Assembly (NCBI GenBank): GCA_964247055.1
Contig: OZ176057.1
Coordinates: 1,736,001-1,800,000, forward strand
From: Paragordius varius
Taxonomy: Eukaryota; Animalia; Nematomorpha
Direction of reading: 5' to 3'
Length of the DNA stretch: 64,000 nucleotides
Position numbers and translations under genes: made by a program
Shown: one piece after another, positions 25,888 through 38,499 of the stretch
How the letters are laid out: each line of letters opens with the position of its first letter
Position numbering within the stretch: position 1 is the first letter of the stretch
The notes under the pieces: model-generated
The model's input: only the letters and a program-made list of their open reading frames with translations
Told to the model about the DNA's origin: nothing
The model's database searches: none

Positions 25888-28800
25888 ACCTTGATTACAC
25901 CATAAACAATATAAAATGAAATGTATAAAAAAAACGTATTGACAATTAACATCTCTATTCCCTATTTTACCATGAGTAATTAATTTAAAAAAGTACAGCG
26001 GTGTTTTAGAAAAATATTTGTCTTGTTTTCACGTTTTATCTGTAAAATTTTAAATTATATTATAAATGATTTGATTTTTAAAAAAAATGATAGAGCTATT
26101 TAAAATAAAATATCTTTTTAAGGTTTTATTTGTAGGGTAATTGTACTATTTTTTTGCATTTTCATATCTAATATATTTTTATTAAGAATTTTCATGTCAG
26201 GGATGAACAGGACTCTTTACAGTAAAAGTTAAAATACGGACAAAACGTAAAAACATAATTGACAACCATTTTTCAACCCTAATTCATCCCATTAAAAAAC
26301 ATTTAATAACAATCATGCATCTGTATTCTATACTTTGGAGTTTAAAACAATGTGTAATACATCAAGATTTAAAAAATATGGTTGAATTTTAAAAAAAAAT
26401 ATTTGCCTTAATATATACCTTTTGTCCGTATATATTCAATTTTTAGTGTAAGTGCCGCCTGTGAAAAATTTGGAAATAGTTTGCAGGTGCTTACTAAAAT
26501 ATTTTTAAAACCATTTTTCTTATCCAATTGACATGAACTAGAAATTATTTGCTTTATTATGTTTGTATATTTTAAGTCTCGTGCTTTAATCTAATAAATT
26601 ATTTATATATGCTCATATATATTTCGAATGCGGCAGGCTAAATTTTCGGAGTCAAAAATGCGGCCCGCGAAGCCATATGTGTTGGCACGCATGTTCCATG
26701 TTAAATTTGACCTAAATTTATATGATATATATAAAATTAAAATTATCCAGACAATACGTAAAAATGTAAACACAATGTTTTTTATAGACAACCATACTTT
26801 TATACATTGCTTTTCATAAAAATTATTTAATTTCAATTTTAAAATAAATAATTGATTGTGGTACCAAATATCTTCGTTTCATTGCGATTATATTTTAATG
26901 TTTCATTCGACATATTATTGTAAATAAAAAAAACATTTCTTTAAAACAGATATATTTTTTGATTGAAACTATTACAAGAAGTTACTATTTGGCTTGGTGG
27001 AATCGATGGAAACGGGACCCTATACCTGTGCCAAGACCTACCCAAAATCGCGGTATATTAGCACGAAATCTTTTTGGCAAAATTGGCTGTTTAATAAAAG
27101 GGGAAAATTTTCAAAACATTTCTAATCTGGTTCATTTTTTTGTGTCGAACTTTAAATTTCTGACTCATTTAAAAATTAGATTCTTTATAGCAGGAGGTGT
27201 CCGAGACAAATGGATTCTCGGGCGCATTTTCCAATTAAAAAAGCAGTGGGCTGCTTTCGAAAAATATATGGGCAATAAGAATTTTTTTATAAGATATTAA
27301 GCATAAAACTGTAAGAAATGTAAACACAAATATTTGACAACTCCTTTTTGCCTAATACGGAGTCCATTTTTTAACAAAATTTTGCTATTGCTATTTTCAA
27401 ATTTCTCACGGGCTCAGAGATATATTTTAAATAACCGCGTGTAGGACGCCCCTGCTATAAAGCTTTGTCGTTCAATGTTTTTGTTTTTGATATTAAATTT
27501 ATTTACAGTAAAAATTGAAATTATACGGACAAAAGTAAAAATATAAGGACTTATATTTTTATTTACAAGATTAGATCTTTAAAATCTTGATTTATATCAA
27601 TATTCATTAAAATGGCTAAGTCTGAAATAGAATATTATACAACAATCAATTATATTTTATATTGTAACTAAGTAGCTTATATAGGAAACATTAAGGATTT
27701 AATAAGTATGTTTTGAAAGAAATATATGTCTTTATATTTTTACGTTTTGATAATTTCAATTATTACTATAATTATATACAGCAAGGCCTGAGGCCATTTA
27801 GAAAATTTGAATCGCCAAAAGAGGGTTTATTTTAATTGTCTGTTATCCCTATATTCCCATTTTATTAGTTGCATAATAAATTCCACACTGTATTTTTTTC
27901 TCCATAATTTATAATTTAACTGATAAAAACGAAGCATTTCCTCATACATGGCTATTAACTATATTGATTACTTTTCACTCATTAGAAAAATTGAAATGGC
28001 CTATAAATAGCTCCCGTTACAGTATATATAAATAATTATAATTTTTATTTGTATGTTTTTAGTGTTTAACACAACTTGGGGCATCGAATTAGTCCTCTCA
28101 ATTGCCATGATTGTGACATCAATTATTCTTTTGTGTGGAATTATAAAGGTTTTTGAGTACACAATAAGGAGAACATTTAGACCTTTGATATTTAAACCCC
28201 GGTCCTAAAAAAGCTACCTTTTTAGGGCGCCATCTATTATTCTTAAAATTTTAATTTTTGATTTTATTTATTTGAGTATAATATCTGCAAATATGTCAAA
28301 CAGCTATGAAATTTTTATCGTTGATATTATGGCCCTTGGGACAAGTTAAATATTTTGTCCCGCCCTTTAAAATATTTTCAATAGTACATACCACTGATTT
28401 AGATCAGGGCGAGGGGGCGGTGCAACACGCGGCCAGCGAAACATTTGGAGATTCATGCATTTCAAAAATATACTAGAATCTTAGTAAAATTGATATTTTT
28501 CAAGCATTTTTTTGATTAGGTCCACCTAATTCACAAAAACTAGAGAAAATTACATTTTGCAATCTTACTTTTGAAACATACAATAAAATTGAAATTGAAT
28601 GCAAAAACAATTTTTTTAAAAAAACAACCATACTTTTTAAACCTTAATTTACCCTATGGAAACCAATTAATTACAATTGGAAAAAGTGGAATTGATTGAG
28701 TTACTAATATATACATCTCTTTCATATTTTACACTAAACATTAAGTTATATCTAATAAGTCAAGATTTAAAAAGTTTGGATGTCTTAAAATATTTGTCTT

Positions 28801-31800
28801 TATATTTTTACGTTTCGTCCGTTTAATTTTAATTTTATATTTAATTACTATATGATAAATGTCCATATATATTTCGAATACGGCCCGCGATGCCATTCGT
28901 GTTGAATACCTACCCATCAAATTGCGATAATATAAAACTACATTATATGAACCAATCGGAATTTTTCCAAAATTGCTTATTCTTGGCTAAGGCACTTTTA
29001 AAAATGATGGTTGTTTTATACCTTATACAATAAAAATAATTATTTATACTTATGGTATATCCAGATTTTATCACATAGTTATCTTGTAAAACAATGACTT
29101 TTTTAATTTAATATAAGCAAAATTCCTTAATAAAATAAGCAAATTTAAAATTATATAAAAATTGACTTTATTTTTTAATCATTTATAGTAGGGGTGCCAA
29201 CAGGCGCTCTTAGTACAGATCGCCTGAAATTTCGCAAAATACCAAAAATAAAATTATAAAATTAATAAACTGTTTACAAAATCTACCGAAATATACAAAT
29301 ATCTTCTTAAATTTGGCAATGAAAATTAAAATATTTACATTCTTATCTTTAAAATTAAATAAAAATAGTTATATATGGCCATATATATTTCGAATGCGGC
29401 ATGTCACATTTTTTGAGTCAAAAATGCGGCCCAGCGACCATTTGTGGTTTCCATTTATATAAACCATGTTTTCGTAATGGATGATCCATTACGTTTCTCG
29501 ATTAATCAATTATGTTTTTTATTTACATCTATATAACTTATTGTTGAAATATAATGAAAGAATCAAATAAATTTTAAAAAAGTCACCTTTGGTTATTTTT
29601 TAATACAGAGGTGTTCAACACAAATGGCTTCGCTGGCCGCATTCGCAAAATATGTATGCATTAACAAATATTTAATTAAATTTTAGACATAGGACTGTAA
29701 AAACTCCTATTTTTTTAACATTTTTTGCCAGTTTATTGCCAAAATTCGGAAAGATTAATTCAGAAAATTTGTTTAAGAACAATTTTACCAAGATTTCGTA
29801 AAATTTGTATTTGGAATTTTCGCGGACTGCATAAGAAATATTTTGGAGGGCCTTGTGTTGAACATCACTTGCTTTAAAACATACAGTAACATTATAAAGA
29901 CATTATTTTTCTAGAAGAGATAACCATGCCTTTCCCAACCTTCATTTTTCCCATATAATAGTACTGTTAACAATAATTTGAAAATTTATTCTCTATTTTG
30001 TAACCCAAAATCAATTAAAAAAATTTACTAGAGCCGCAAAAATATTTTGCTTGTCTCAAGGATCATGCTGCTTCACATAATACTGATATAAATTTCGTAG
30101 CTGTTTGACACATTAATTAACAAATATTTATATATCCGAATAAGGACATCAAAAAATTTAATAAATAATTTAGGGTCATAAAAGCGAATTTTTAGGACCG
30201 GGCCGTGATTTGACTACCAATGAGTAATATTCCAAGGTTTTAAAAGTATGGTTGGTCGTCTCTATAAATAAATTATAAATATAATATTTATCTACTTAAT
30301 TTTTATTGAAATGTCGGTTAAAATTTTGTTTATTTAAAAAATTATCAGAGAAACAGAAAGAAATTTTGGCCATGGATGATTGCTTTACCGCTCGTTCTAG
30401 TCTTTGTGCTCGTATCAGCTATATCAAACCTTGTTTTCGCGGTATTTAACACCATTTTTTATTTTTAATCAATTGGTATTTAAAGAGGGACGCTCCTTTA
30501 CGTAATACATAACCTACATTTTCATAGAAAATGTATAGATTAAATGTTATATAATTCATTTTAGTAACTGATATTTATAATAAATTTTCCAAAATGTTCC
30601 AAAATTTAAAAAAACTCAAAAATTATTTTTTTTATCATTTTACAAACCAAGTTTGTGAATGGCATATTTAACTTATGATTTTGAAGATAAGAGACTTAAA
30701 ATCGAATTGGTCTTAGTGTTCAGAACAAAGAGCTAGGTTTAACAATTTTAACTCGGATTTAGAGGCGCTCCCTAATTCAATTTTCCAATTTGATCAATTA
30801 ACCTATAAAATTTCTTGCCTAATGTTAATTAATTTTTAAGATTCTACAATGAATCTTAGGTGGCAAAAAGGTTGAGATTCAAGTTAAACAATTATACATT
30901 TTTTTAATGATTCAAAGCGTTTGTTCATTGAATCATATTTTAAAGTTGTCACAATATTATCTTTACCTGTAAGATATTTTGGGGTAAAAGATATCCCAAT
31001 AAATCTTCGATTCATAAATATTTTTTCAGAGCTAATTTGCTAAGTGTTCATTAAAATATTATAAATCTGCCTATAAACTTAAGTTACTCTTCTATCATAA
31101 ACGCGGAGTGCAAAGGTCTTCTAAAATATTTTTGCAACCCGCGAAATTTCAAATTGTTCTTACTTAATTTGTCGTTCCAAATTTTGGCATAAACCTACAC
31201 AAATTGTTAATATAAGCAACGGTTTTTGCAGTATTATGCTTGAATTCTAATTAAATATTTATTAATGCCCATTTATTTTGAAAATGCGGCCCTTGAAGCC
31301 ATCGCTGTTATAAATAAAGACTTTTGACTGCTATTAACTCCAATGATTGCTATAAATATTTTACGAGACGAGATTCTGAAAAATAGTATAGAATTAATAT
31401 TTTTATAGTCAAGACAATCACGCCTCCTGGGAACCGGCATTGTTAACATCATTATATCTTTTTGTTTGGTATGTCATTTAATTATTCTAAATTTATTAAA
31501 ACGTAAATTTGGGCAAATTTCGTGAATAAGTGATTTATTTTAGCCGATTCGGTATTTTAAATGACTAAATGGGTATCTATTATACATGTCTATTTATTTT
31601 ATTAGTTATATATTCAATTAAACATTCAATTCTTTTAACACAATGCTCGAAAATGTAACCATAAGGAAATGTTAAATTATAAAGACATATATTTCTTTCA
31701 AAACAACCATGTTTTTCTAAACCTTAAGTTTTTCTATTATTTAATTACAATTTTAAAATATATAAATTGTGTTACCAGTAAAACAATCTATTTCATACTT

Positions 31801-32057
31801 TGCAATAATAAACGATCGTTTATAGTTCAAAATATCTTTTATGATCGTCTTTTAAAAAAAATTGACTTTATATATTTACTTTTTGTCCGTATAATTTTAA
31901 TTTGTACTTAGCCAATTAAAATACTGAAATGTCTTATAAAAGCTCTCATCTCTTCTTATTTTCAAACAAATAATTTTTCCATGTTTTTGATTTTTAGATT
32001 TATGGTTTGATGGTGGTCAATTCTTATTATCATCAAGTCAAAGAAGAAGGCGGATAA
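25477..32057 (+). CDS. Spliced 4-TM membrane protein, LAPTM/DUF4728-like
   Basis: Exons 25477-25554 (MVAILNSCLCCIPLRIGSLITAYLTL), an unresolved exon 2 near 27869-28021, 28063-28148 (..SIILLCGIIK), 30349-30441 (RNRKKFWPWMIAL..), 31409-31468 and 31998-32057 (IYGLMVVNSYYHQVKEEGG*). The last four exons are phase-consistent with GT-AG ends. Confidence 0.8.
26220..26448. mobile_element. MITE family D copy with TA flanks
   Basis: TA|CAGTAAAAG...TTTTAGTG|TA. Confidence 0.75.
27191..27454. mobile_element. hAT-type MITE (CAGG.GTGTCCAACACAAATGGCTTCGCGGGCCGC family)
   Basis: CAGG...CCCCTG termini. Relatives or fragments at ~6290-6395, 16400-16750, 26620, 28410, 28880, 29390, 29605-29875, 37770, 39770, 41825-42127 and 62690-63170. 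Confidence 0.65.
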
Positions 32058-32542
32058 TAATTAATTGATAAATTCAAGTTATATGTCAAAAATTATATCG
32101 AATCAAATTAATAATAATTTATTTGAATATACAAATAAATTTATAAAAACATAATACATATGGTATAACGCTTGCTTTGTTTGCGAGAGAAAGCATGTGT
32201 TATAATGGCAGTCATATGTGCTGGTTTTAAATAAATGAAATTGAAAAAATTTACATGACTTTATATCATTTTTTACATTCCGTAAGAATGGTTGGATCAA
32301 ATTCACTTTATAAATTTTATCAAGATAATACTTCTCTTTTCATCTATATAGGTAGAGTCAAAAGATTAAGGAATGTTATTTTTTTATAACAATTTGTTAA
32401 CAAACGTATTATCAGTCGATCGTGTTGGCTTTGTTAAAATTTCCCAGGCAACGTTTTAATGGTCTGGTAAGGAGAATCTATATATTTCGATTAAATAAAA
32501 TTATTTTTTGCGCGATGATATTCTTTTGGCAAGTTGGAAGAG

Positions 32543-34615
32543 TTAATTTCCTGGATCTTTGTAATATTTTTGAGCAGTATCAAACCTATTAACGTTTCCA
32601 TTTAGAGTGGTACAAGTATTCGTAAAGCAATACCTGTTACCTAAATGTGCAGACATAGTATTCACCCTTTTCGGCCCGAATTCATGATTCGCATCAATTT
32701 TATTTGAATTTCTATTATAAAAAGCACCAATATTTAGTGATTGCGCTCTGTTTCTAAAACTATCGTAAACATTTTCTTCGGCTGAGTTGGCCATTTGTGT
32801 GGGAATTCGACTCAACGATGATGGATAATGTCTATCATCACGTATGTCATTATAATATGGCCCGGGTGCTAGCGAATATTCCGGAAGGCGTTTAGAGTTT
32901 AAATCAGAACCCGAGAAACAAATCGATGGTGTATATACACCAGAATCATTACAAACGTTTATTTCAGCTTCGTAATCAAACTTTTTGGGCTGTTTACTCG
33001 TAGTAATGTTGTGAAACGATGATTTGTCTTTACTGTCATTATGTATCCACTTAGGTGAGAAGGGAATATTATTTTTAGCTGGACTTTTAGTAACACTAGA
33101 GTAGCCGGAACTTTGCCTCGGACTTCCATCGTACAACTCCTTTAAATTGGTTGCAAGAATTTGTGGTAAAACTTTGGCCCATGTGTTATGCCTTTGAAAA
33201 GTGTCAGGCAAAGATTCATTCGATGTTTTAGAATGCATTGTGTGAGAACAATCCACCAACAACAGTTTTTGCAACGCATTAGCCACCTGATGCGCTGAAT
33301 AGGTGTCGATGTATTCTGCAACAATCATATTTACACAGGGTTCATACCCAAATTGATGCAAAAAATTAAAGGTATCATTGGGGATGTTAGTTCCTGCCCT
33401 AATAAATTTGATCCATATCGGTTTATTCAATTCTATCTCATGCAAATCAAAGTTTTCAAGCAAAAATGCTAAAGGATCTATTGCGTTAGTATTGATGGAA
33501 CTCGCACTTAGCGCCACATTATAGATAAAAAGTAGACGTGAACCAGAAAAAACAAGAGTTTTCAGGGATGGCATACTTATTCTCCTTACCTTTGTACCTT
33601 CATCATTTAGCATGAGTAAAGGGCAAAGCTTAGCACCAACCACATATGCCAGATCTTTCCAATCACCACTTATTTTCTTTATTTTTCGCAGGGCACTTAA
33701 GAGCTTTAGGTTTACGAATCCATCTTTGTTCCTTAGCGTATGTTTTAACATAAAAACATCTTGGAACAAATATTCATCCGCAAATAATTGTGTTAAGCGT
33801 TGACTTAACCGGGATTGTAATTCCACCGACATAAATATTACATTTTGTTTTTGGCAGTGATTGCTGTAATTTTTAGCAGGATGAGCATTAACCTGTTGCA
33901 TGTGAGTCGATGGATAGATGGGACCGTTTTGCATGTTAGTATAATAATTGTGGTTCAAATATTGGGGCGATTGATATCCATAGGTCATATCAGGAAATTG
34001 ATATAATTCTAATGGGTTAACGATGTTACCTAAGATCATGGGTAACTGATTGGAAAAATCAGGGTGTGAATATGTGTCCCGCAAATTTGTTGATGAATTT
34101 ATTAATTGTTGTTCAGCAACAAAATTTTTCATATATGGATAGGTAGTATTGGTAATATTATGACTTATAAAATTATGACAATCATAATTTGTGCTATGCC
34201 CATTTTGAAAATAAGGGGCGAGAGAATTCAGGCCCACATAATAGTTAGAGGCATTATTATTATACATATTTATGGGCCAGCTTAAGTTTGTGGGTTTGCT
34301 GGTTTCAAAATTAGGAGAATAATATAAATCTGTATGAAAGCCCTGGATATATTTCCCTTCATTTCTCGGGACACATTTTGTTGGTTGGTTTTTCTTTGCG
34401 AAATTGCTTTTTTTGTGTTTATGAGAATTAGGGTTAATACAAGGTTTAACGAATTTGTTAGTTTCTTTGTTTGAATAAAAAGTATGTCCGTTCGTATTGA
34501 TATGATTATTTGATATCTTAGGTTTAGCATCAGTTGTTCGGGCTTGGTAGTTAGAAGTGAAAGGCTTGTTTGGCCCCAAGTAAATTGACCCAAATTTGTC
34601 AGTCAAATCATCCAT
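32543..34615 (-). CDS. LARP6: La-related protein 6 (La motif plus RRM), intronless, 690 aa
   Basis: FADEYLFQDVFMLKH..RNKDGFVNLKLLS...DW...LNDEGTKVRR aligns with the LARP6 La motif, followed by the RRM start SRLLFIYNV. Confidence 0.88.
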   Translation of the reverse strand: MDDLTDKFGSIYLGPNKPFTSNYQARTTDAKPKISNNHINTNGHTFYSNKETNKFVKPCINPNSHKHKKSNFAKKNQPTKCVPRNEGKYIQGFHTDLYYSPNFETSKPTNLSWPINMYNNNASNYYVGLNSLAPYFQNGHSTNYDCHNFISHNITNTTYPYMKNFVAEQQLINSSTNLRDTYSHPDFSNQLPMILGNIVNPLELYQFPDMTYGYQSPQYLNHNYYTNMQNGPIYPSTHMQQVNAHPAKNYSNHCQKQNVIFMSVELQSRLSQRLTQLFADEYLFQDVFMLKHTLRNKDGFVNLKLLSALRKIKKISGDWKDLAYVVGAKLCPLLMLNDEGTKVRRISMPSLKTLVFSGSRLLFIYNVALSASSINTNAIDPLAFLLENFDLHEIELNKPIWIKFIRAGTNIPNDTFNFLHQFGYEPCVNMIVAEYIDTYSAHQVANALQKLLLVDCSHTMHSKTSNESLPDTFQRHNTWAKVLPQILATNLKELYDGSPRQSSGYSSVTKSPAKNNIPFSPKWIHNDSKDKSSFHNITTSKQPKKFDYEAEINVCNDSGVYTPSICFSGSDLNSKRLPEYSLAPGPYYNDIRDDRHYPSSLSRIPTQMANSAEENVYDSFRNRAQSLNIGAFYNRNSNKIDANHEFGPKRVNTMSAHLGNRYCFTNTCTTLNGNVNRFDTAQKYYKDPGN

Positions 34616-35338
34616 TGTTTTTTAGAGGGGATTTTTAATATATTATATTTTGTACATGATTGTAACCCAATAAGGATAGATTAATGATAGAATACTGTAT
34701 AGTAAGTAGGACTGTATCGGAATGCGATTTTAATTTAGTTAAATTTGGAAAAGGTGATATACATATATATGTCAAAACCTCAAAGCTTGATTCATATCCA
34801 TATTGATAGGTAAAAAATATATGGGCTACAAAACATTAGAGTTAATTTTTACAGTTATATTTTATGTCACATTGTCGTTTTTTAATTTGTAATTTATAAC
34901 TGTATAATTAATAAAAATGTTATAAAGGGGAATATCAAAACTATATTTTTGTTTATTTCACTCTATGCATATCTTTTATGTTTAGTATAATTAAATTTTT
35001 GGCGTAACCTTAAACATAAAAAATATTAGCGCAATAAATATACAAACATACACAATTTAAGTTAATGTATTGTAACATAAACAAATTATACCCAAATCAA
35101 TAATTTCATGGTTAAACCGTTATTTGTTATGTATATTAATGTAGTTTTTTTTGTTTAATGTGCTTTGCTAACTATATATTGGATTAGAAATAGAGTTGTT
35201 AAAATGAATGCAGAATGTCAAGGATCATAAAAAAGGGGAATTTAAAATATTGTGTAAGAGAATATAAGCAATTTATTCGAAAATATGATAGTATAAAAAT
35301 AAATTGTATAAAAAACGCGCAAATGCTAAACCATTAAA

Positions 35339-35581
35339 CTATTCTTTGCCATCAAGAGCCTTTTTCTGTTTGTCTCTCATCACTTGAGCATCCCTAAATT
35401 ATAAAAAGGCATAAAAAAACCTTTCTTGTCGAGATTGCAAAGATTGACCCTTATTTGTTCCCTTTTCATCTGCGGCTTTTGCTTTTTGCTGTTCTTTCTG
35501 CTTTTTTAAATTTTTTTCGCGGGCTTTTTCTCTTTGATTCCCCCCTAAATTAAATATATTTATATCCAAAATACTAGTCAT
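35339..35581 (-). CDS. SERF: Small EDRK-rich factor, 61 aa, 3 exons
   Basis: Exons 35581-35575, 35544-35421 and 35393-35339 splice to MTRGNQREKAREKNLKKQ...RQERDAQVMRDKQKKALDGKE*. The GT-AG introns are 30 and 27 nt. Confidence 0.93.
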
Positions 35582-35738
35582 TAGGGCTATCCAGCGATAG
35601 AAAAGTCTAAAGCGTAATAATTAATCAGATGTTTATTTTAAATATTATTAATATTTAGCATGCATTAAATCATTTGGCGCCTTATTTTAATTTTGTCAAT
35701 ATTTATTGCCTATCCCGGTTTACAAAATTTATAAAAAT
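35582..35738. promoter_or_regulatory. Probable bidirectional promoter between SERF and the SRSF2-like gene
   Basis: Only 157 nt separate the divergent ATGs; no specific motif identified. Confidence 0.5.
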
Positions 35739-37512
35739 ATGGGATGTTTGGAAAAACCGCAAAATATATCAAGTATGTACACTCTTAAAGTTTGTAATAT
35801 TCCATTTACAACAAATGAATTACTTTTACGAAAAAAATTTTCAAAGTATGGAACGATTGGGGACGTTTTTCTCCCTAGAGAACACGGAAAACATAGGAAT
35901 CGTGGGTTCGCTTTTGTTCGCTACCTAAATGAACACGATGCAAAACGCGCAATACGACACGCAGATCAATCAATGTTTGAAGGACGGCAATTACAAGTCC
36001 AAATGGCAAAATATGGCCCACCACTTTTTTCACCAATCAATAATGGGGATCAACACAAATTCGACTCAGAATATTATCATTGTTATGAAAGTGATTCGGA
36101 ATCGCTTGATGAAGACAATAGTTATAGTTTGGATAAGAATTTTTATGCGAAATATGAACCTTCATCCTATCGTCCCTCATCAAACATAACGCATTATACG
36201 GCAGCAGACGATTCAAATTTTGAATATTCACTCCCTTACAGCAAAACTGACGATATGGCTTTTAATCATTATCAAAACAATTGTTCTGTAAACCATTATC
36301 CATACCCGGAAAACAGCTATTGCGAAAAACTTGGATTTAAAAAGTTACATTTTTACCTTCCTCTTATAAATCTTAAAATAGTTTGCGAAAAAGAATTGAC
36401 ATTTATTTAACGTTTTAAATTCATATATTTATAATTTGTCCGCCTGATATCATGTATAAAATAGTTGATAATTAAAATACTTTGTTCCCATTGAAATAAC
36501 GTTTTGGACTAGATTCCTTGATTGGGATATTTGTGCCATATTTAAAAGTTTATCATAATAGTATATGAGTTCATTATCGAAATAATTAAAAATTTATGCT
36601 TAGAAGTTAGTCCGTTAGCGGGCACACAAAATATTTGGTATTTGGTAGATTTTATTTTTCTCTTAATCGGGCGCGTAGTTTTTTTTATCTAACCGTAATA
36701 TATCACCATATCATATTCTAATACAGCTCAAGCATTTTCCTAACTAACAGAATATAATATAATTTTTCATTGTGTTTTGATTTGAAGATTGTGTGATAAT
36801 TACTGTAAAAAATTATACTGTTACCTCATATAATCCAAGGGTGTAATGTGGATTTGGTATCTAAAGAAAAGTTTAATGTAATATATATTATGTAATTATT
36901 TATTTAAATATTTAATCAAAAATATTTTGCAAAAATGAACAATCCTTAATATTTTTCTATGTCCCCTATTATACCAATTTAAAATGCTAAGAAAATCAGT
37001 TTTGAAATATTAATATCATCCGCCAATCACCAATACTTACTGTATTATATAGCAAATATATTAAACTTGTCAGCGTGCATGTTAATTTTTTTTGTGATTA
37101 CCGGCATATATATTTATTAAAACATTTATATTGTTATAGAGGTTTTTGTGGTATTTAACCGTTTTCTATCACCTACAATAGGTATGAAGGAGAGCGGAGA
37201 ACAAAATATAATAGAATATCACCATATACTGGCCATGAACGAGCTTCTTTAAGACAACCTAATGAGTTCAAAAAGCTATATTATCAGCATGATATCACTA
37301 ATCCTCCCCCTACATATTACAAGCATTATTCCTTAGATAATAAGCAACAACACACCAATAACTGTGGCAGAAACAAAACGGCGGATTTTTACACTAAACA
37401 CTACTATGAGAGCAATATTAAAAACAAAAATAATGATTACAAATACAATTATAGGCCTGTGGACAATGCGATAAAACCTTACAGACCATCATATAATCAC
37501 TATAAATTATAA
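35739..37512 (+). CDS. SRSF2: SRSF2(SC35)-type RRM protein with a Tyr/Asn/His-rich tail instead of an RS domain (~311 aa)
   Basis: MYTLKVCNIPFTT..KYGTIGDVFLPRE..RGFAFVRY..RQLQVQMAKYG follows the SRSF2 RRM. Exon 1 (35739-36343) joins in phase 2 to an open terminal exon 37182-37512; the donor GTTACA is weak. Confidence 0.75.
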
Positions 37513-38170
37513 ATACATAAAGACTATAAAATATACAGTAGCGAGAGGCTATTATTGGCTTCTAATTCTTCTTCCATTATTTTAAGTGTTACACGCGGCT
37601 CTGCTCTCTAAAATATTTTTTCAGATAAAAGTAAAAAATTTTTCAAAAATAAGTTTTCAAATTTCGGCATTAGCAAAAATTATTATAATAAGGACTATTT
37701 TTTACAGTCTTTGTTTGAATGTCTATAAATAAAAATTTGTTAATTCCGACATATTTTGTGGATATGGTCCGGCCCGTCAAATTTTTTGATTTCAAAATGC
37801 ACTCCGTGAAGCCATTTGTATATTAAAATTATCGCTAACGTGATATTTCATTGCAAACAAGGTGCCACTATATTTTATTTCTACAATGTAAATAATAAAA
37901 AAGTTAAAGATCTAATAATTCTCCAAAAACCAAGGGACATGTTATTTAAGTTTCCTTTTTTACCAGTAATGACTCTCGTTATTGTAATATTAGTAGTGTG
38001 AACTCTACACCAAAGAATACTGACTCAATCGGAAGTTTTTTTTTTGAAAAAATGGCATTGAATTTTTTTTCGTTACTGTAAATTTGTCCCCAAATCTAAT
38101 TCATCATATCACATATCAATGCAAAAAAATGACTTGCTTTTTTAACAACAAATTTTTTTAAACGTTAATA

Positions 38171-38499
38171 TACCATTTACAATTCAATATCACCCTTAAA
38201 CAATTCAAATTCACCCTTGAACAATTCAAATTCACCCTCAAATAAAGTATATGTTTTTTAAGATTAAAAATTACCTATATTTTATAAATTTTTAAAAAAT
38301 AAAATTTCTATTTTAAATTAGAATAATACTGAAAAAATAATAAACTATACCATAAATATATATTTTATATTAATAATAATGTTATATTAGTTCGAAAACA
38401 CATAATTTATTTTTAGGGTGAATTTGAATTGTTCAAGGGTGAATTTGAATTGTTTGAGGGTGAATTTGAATTAAGGGTGAAACTGAATTGTAAATGGTA
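38171..38499. mobile_element. Family A foldback MITE
   Basis: TA|TACCATTTACAATTC...GAATTGTAAATGGTA|TA with tandem 22-mers in both arms. Confidence 0.8.

Noticed and set aside
35399-35581. Unspliced 60-aa ORF from the track
   Set aside because: It reads through both tiny introns; splicing restores the canonical SERF termini.
33142-36231. Shadow ORFs (33142, 33612, 34282, 35674, 35929, 36037; also 8454, 46495, 48019, 48524)
   Set aside because: They are alternative-frame or antisense by-products of real coding or LINE sequence.
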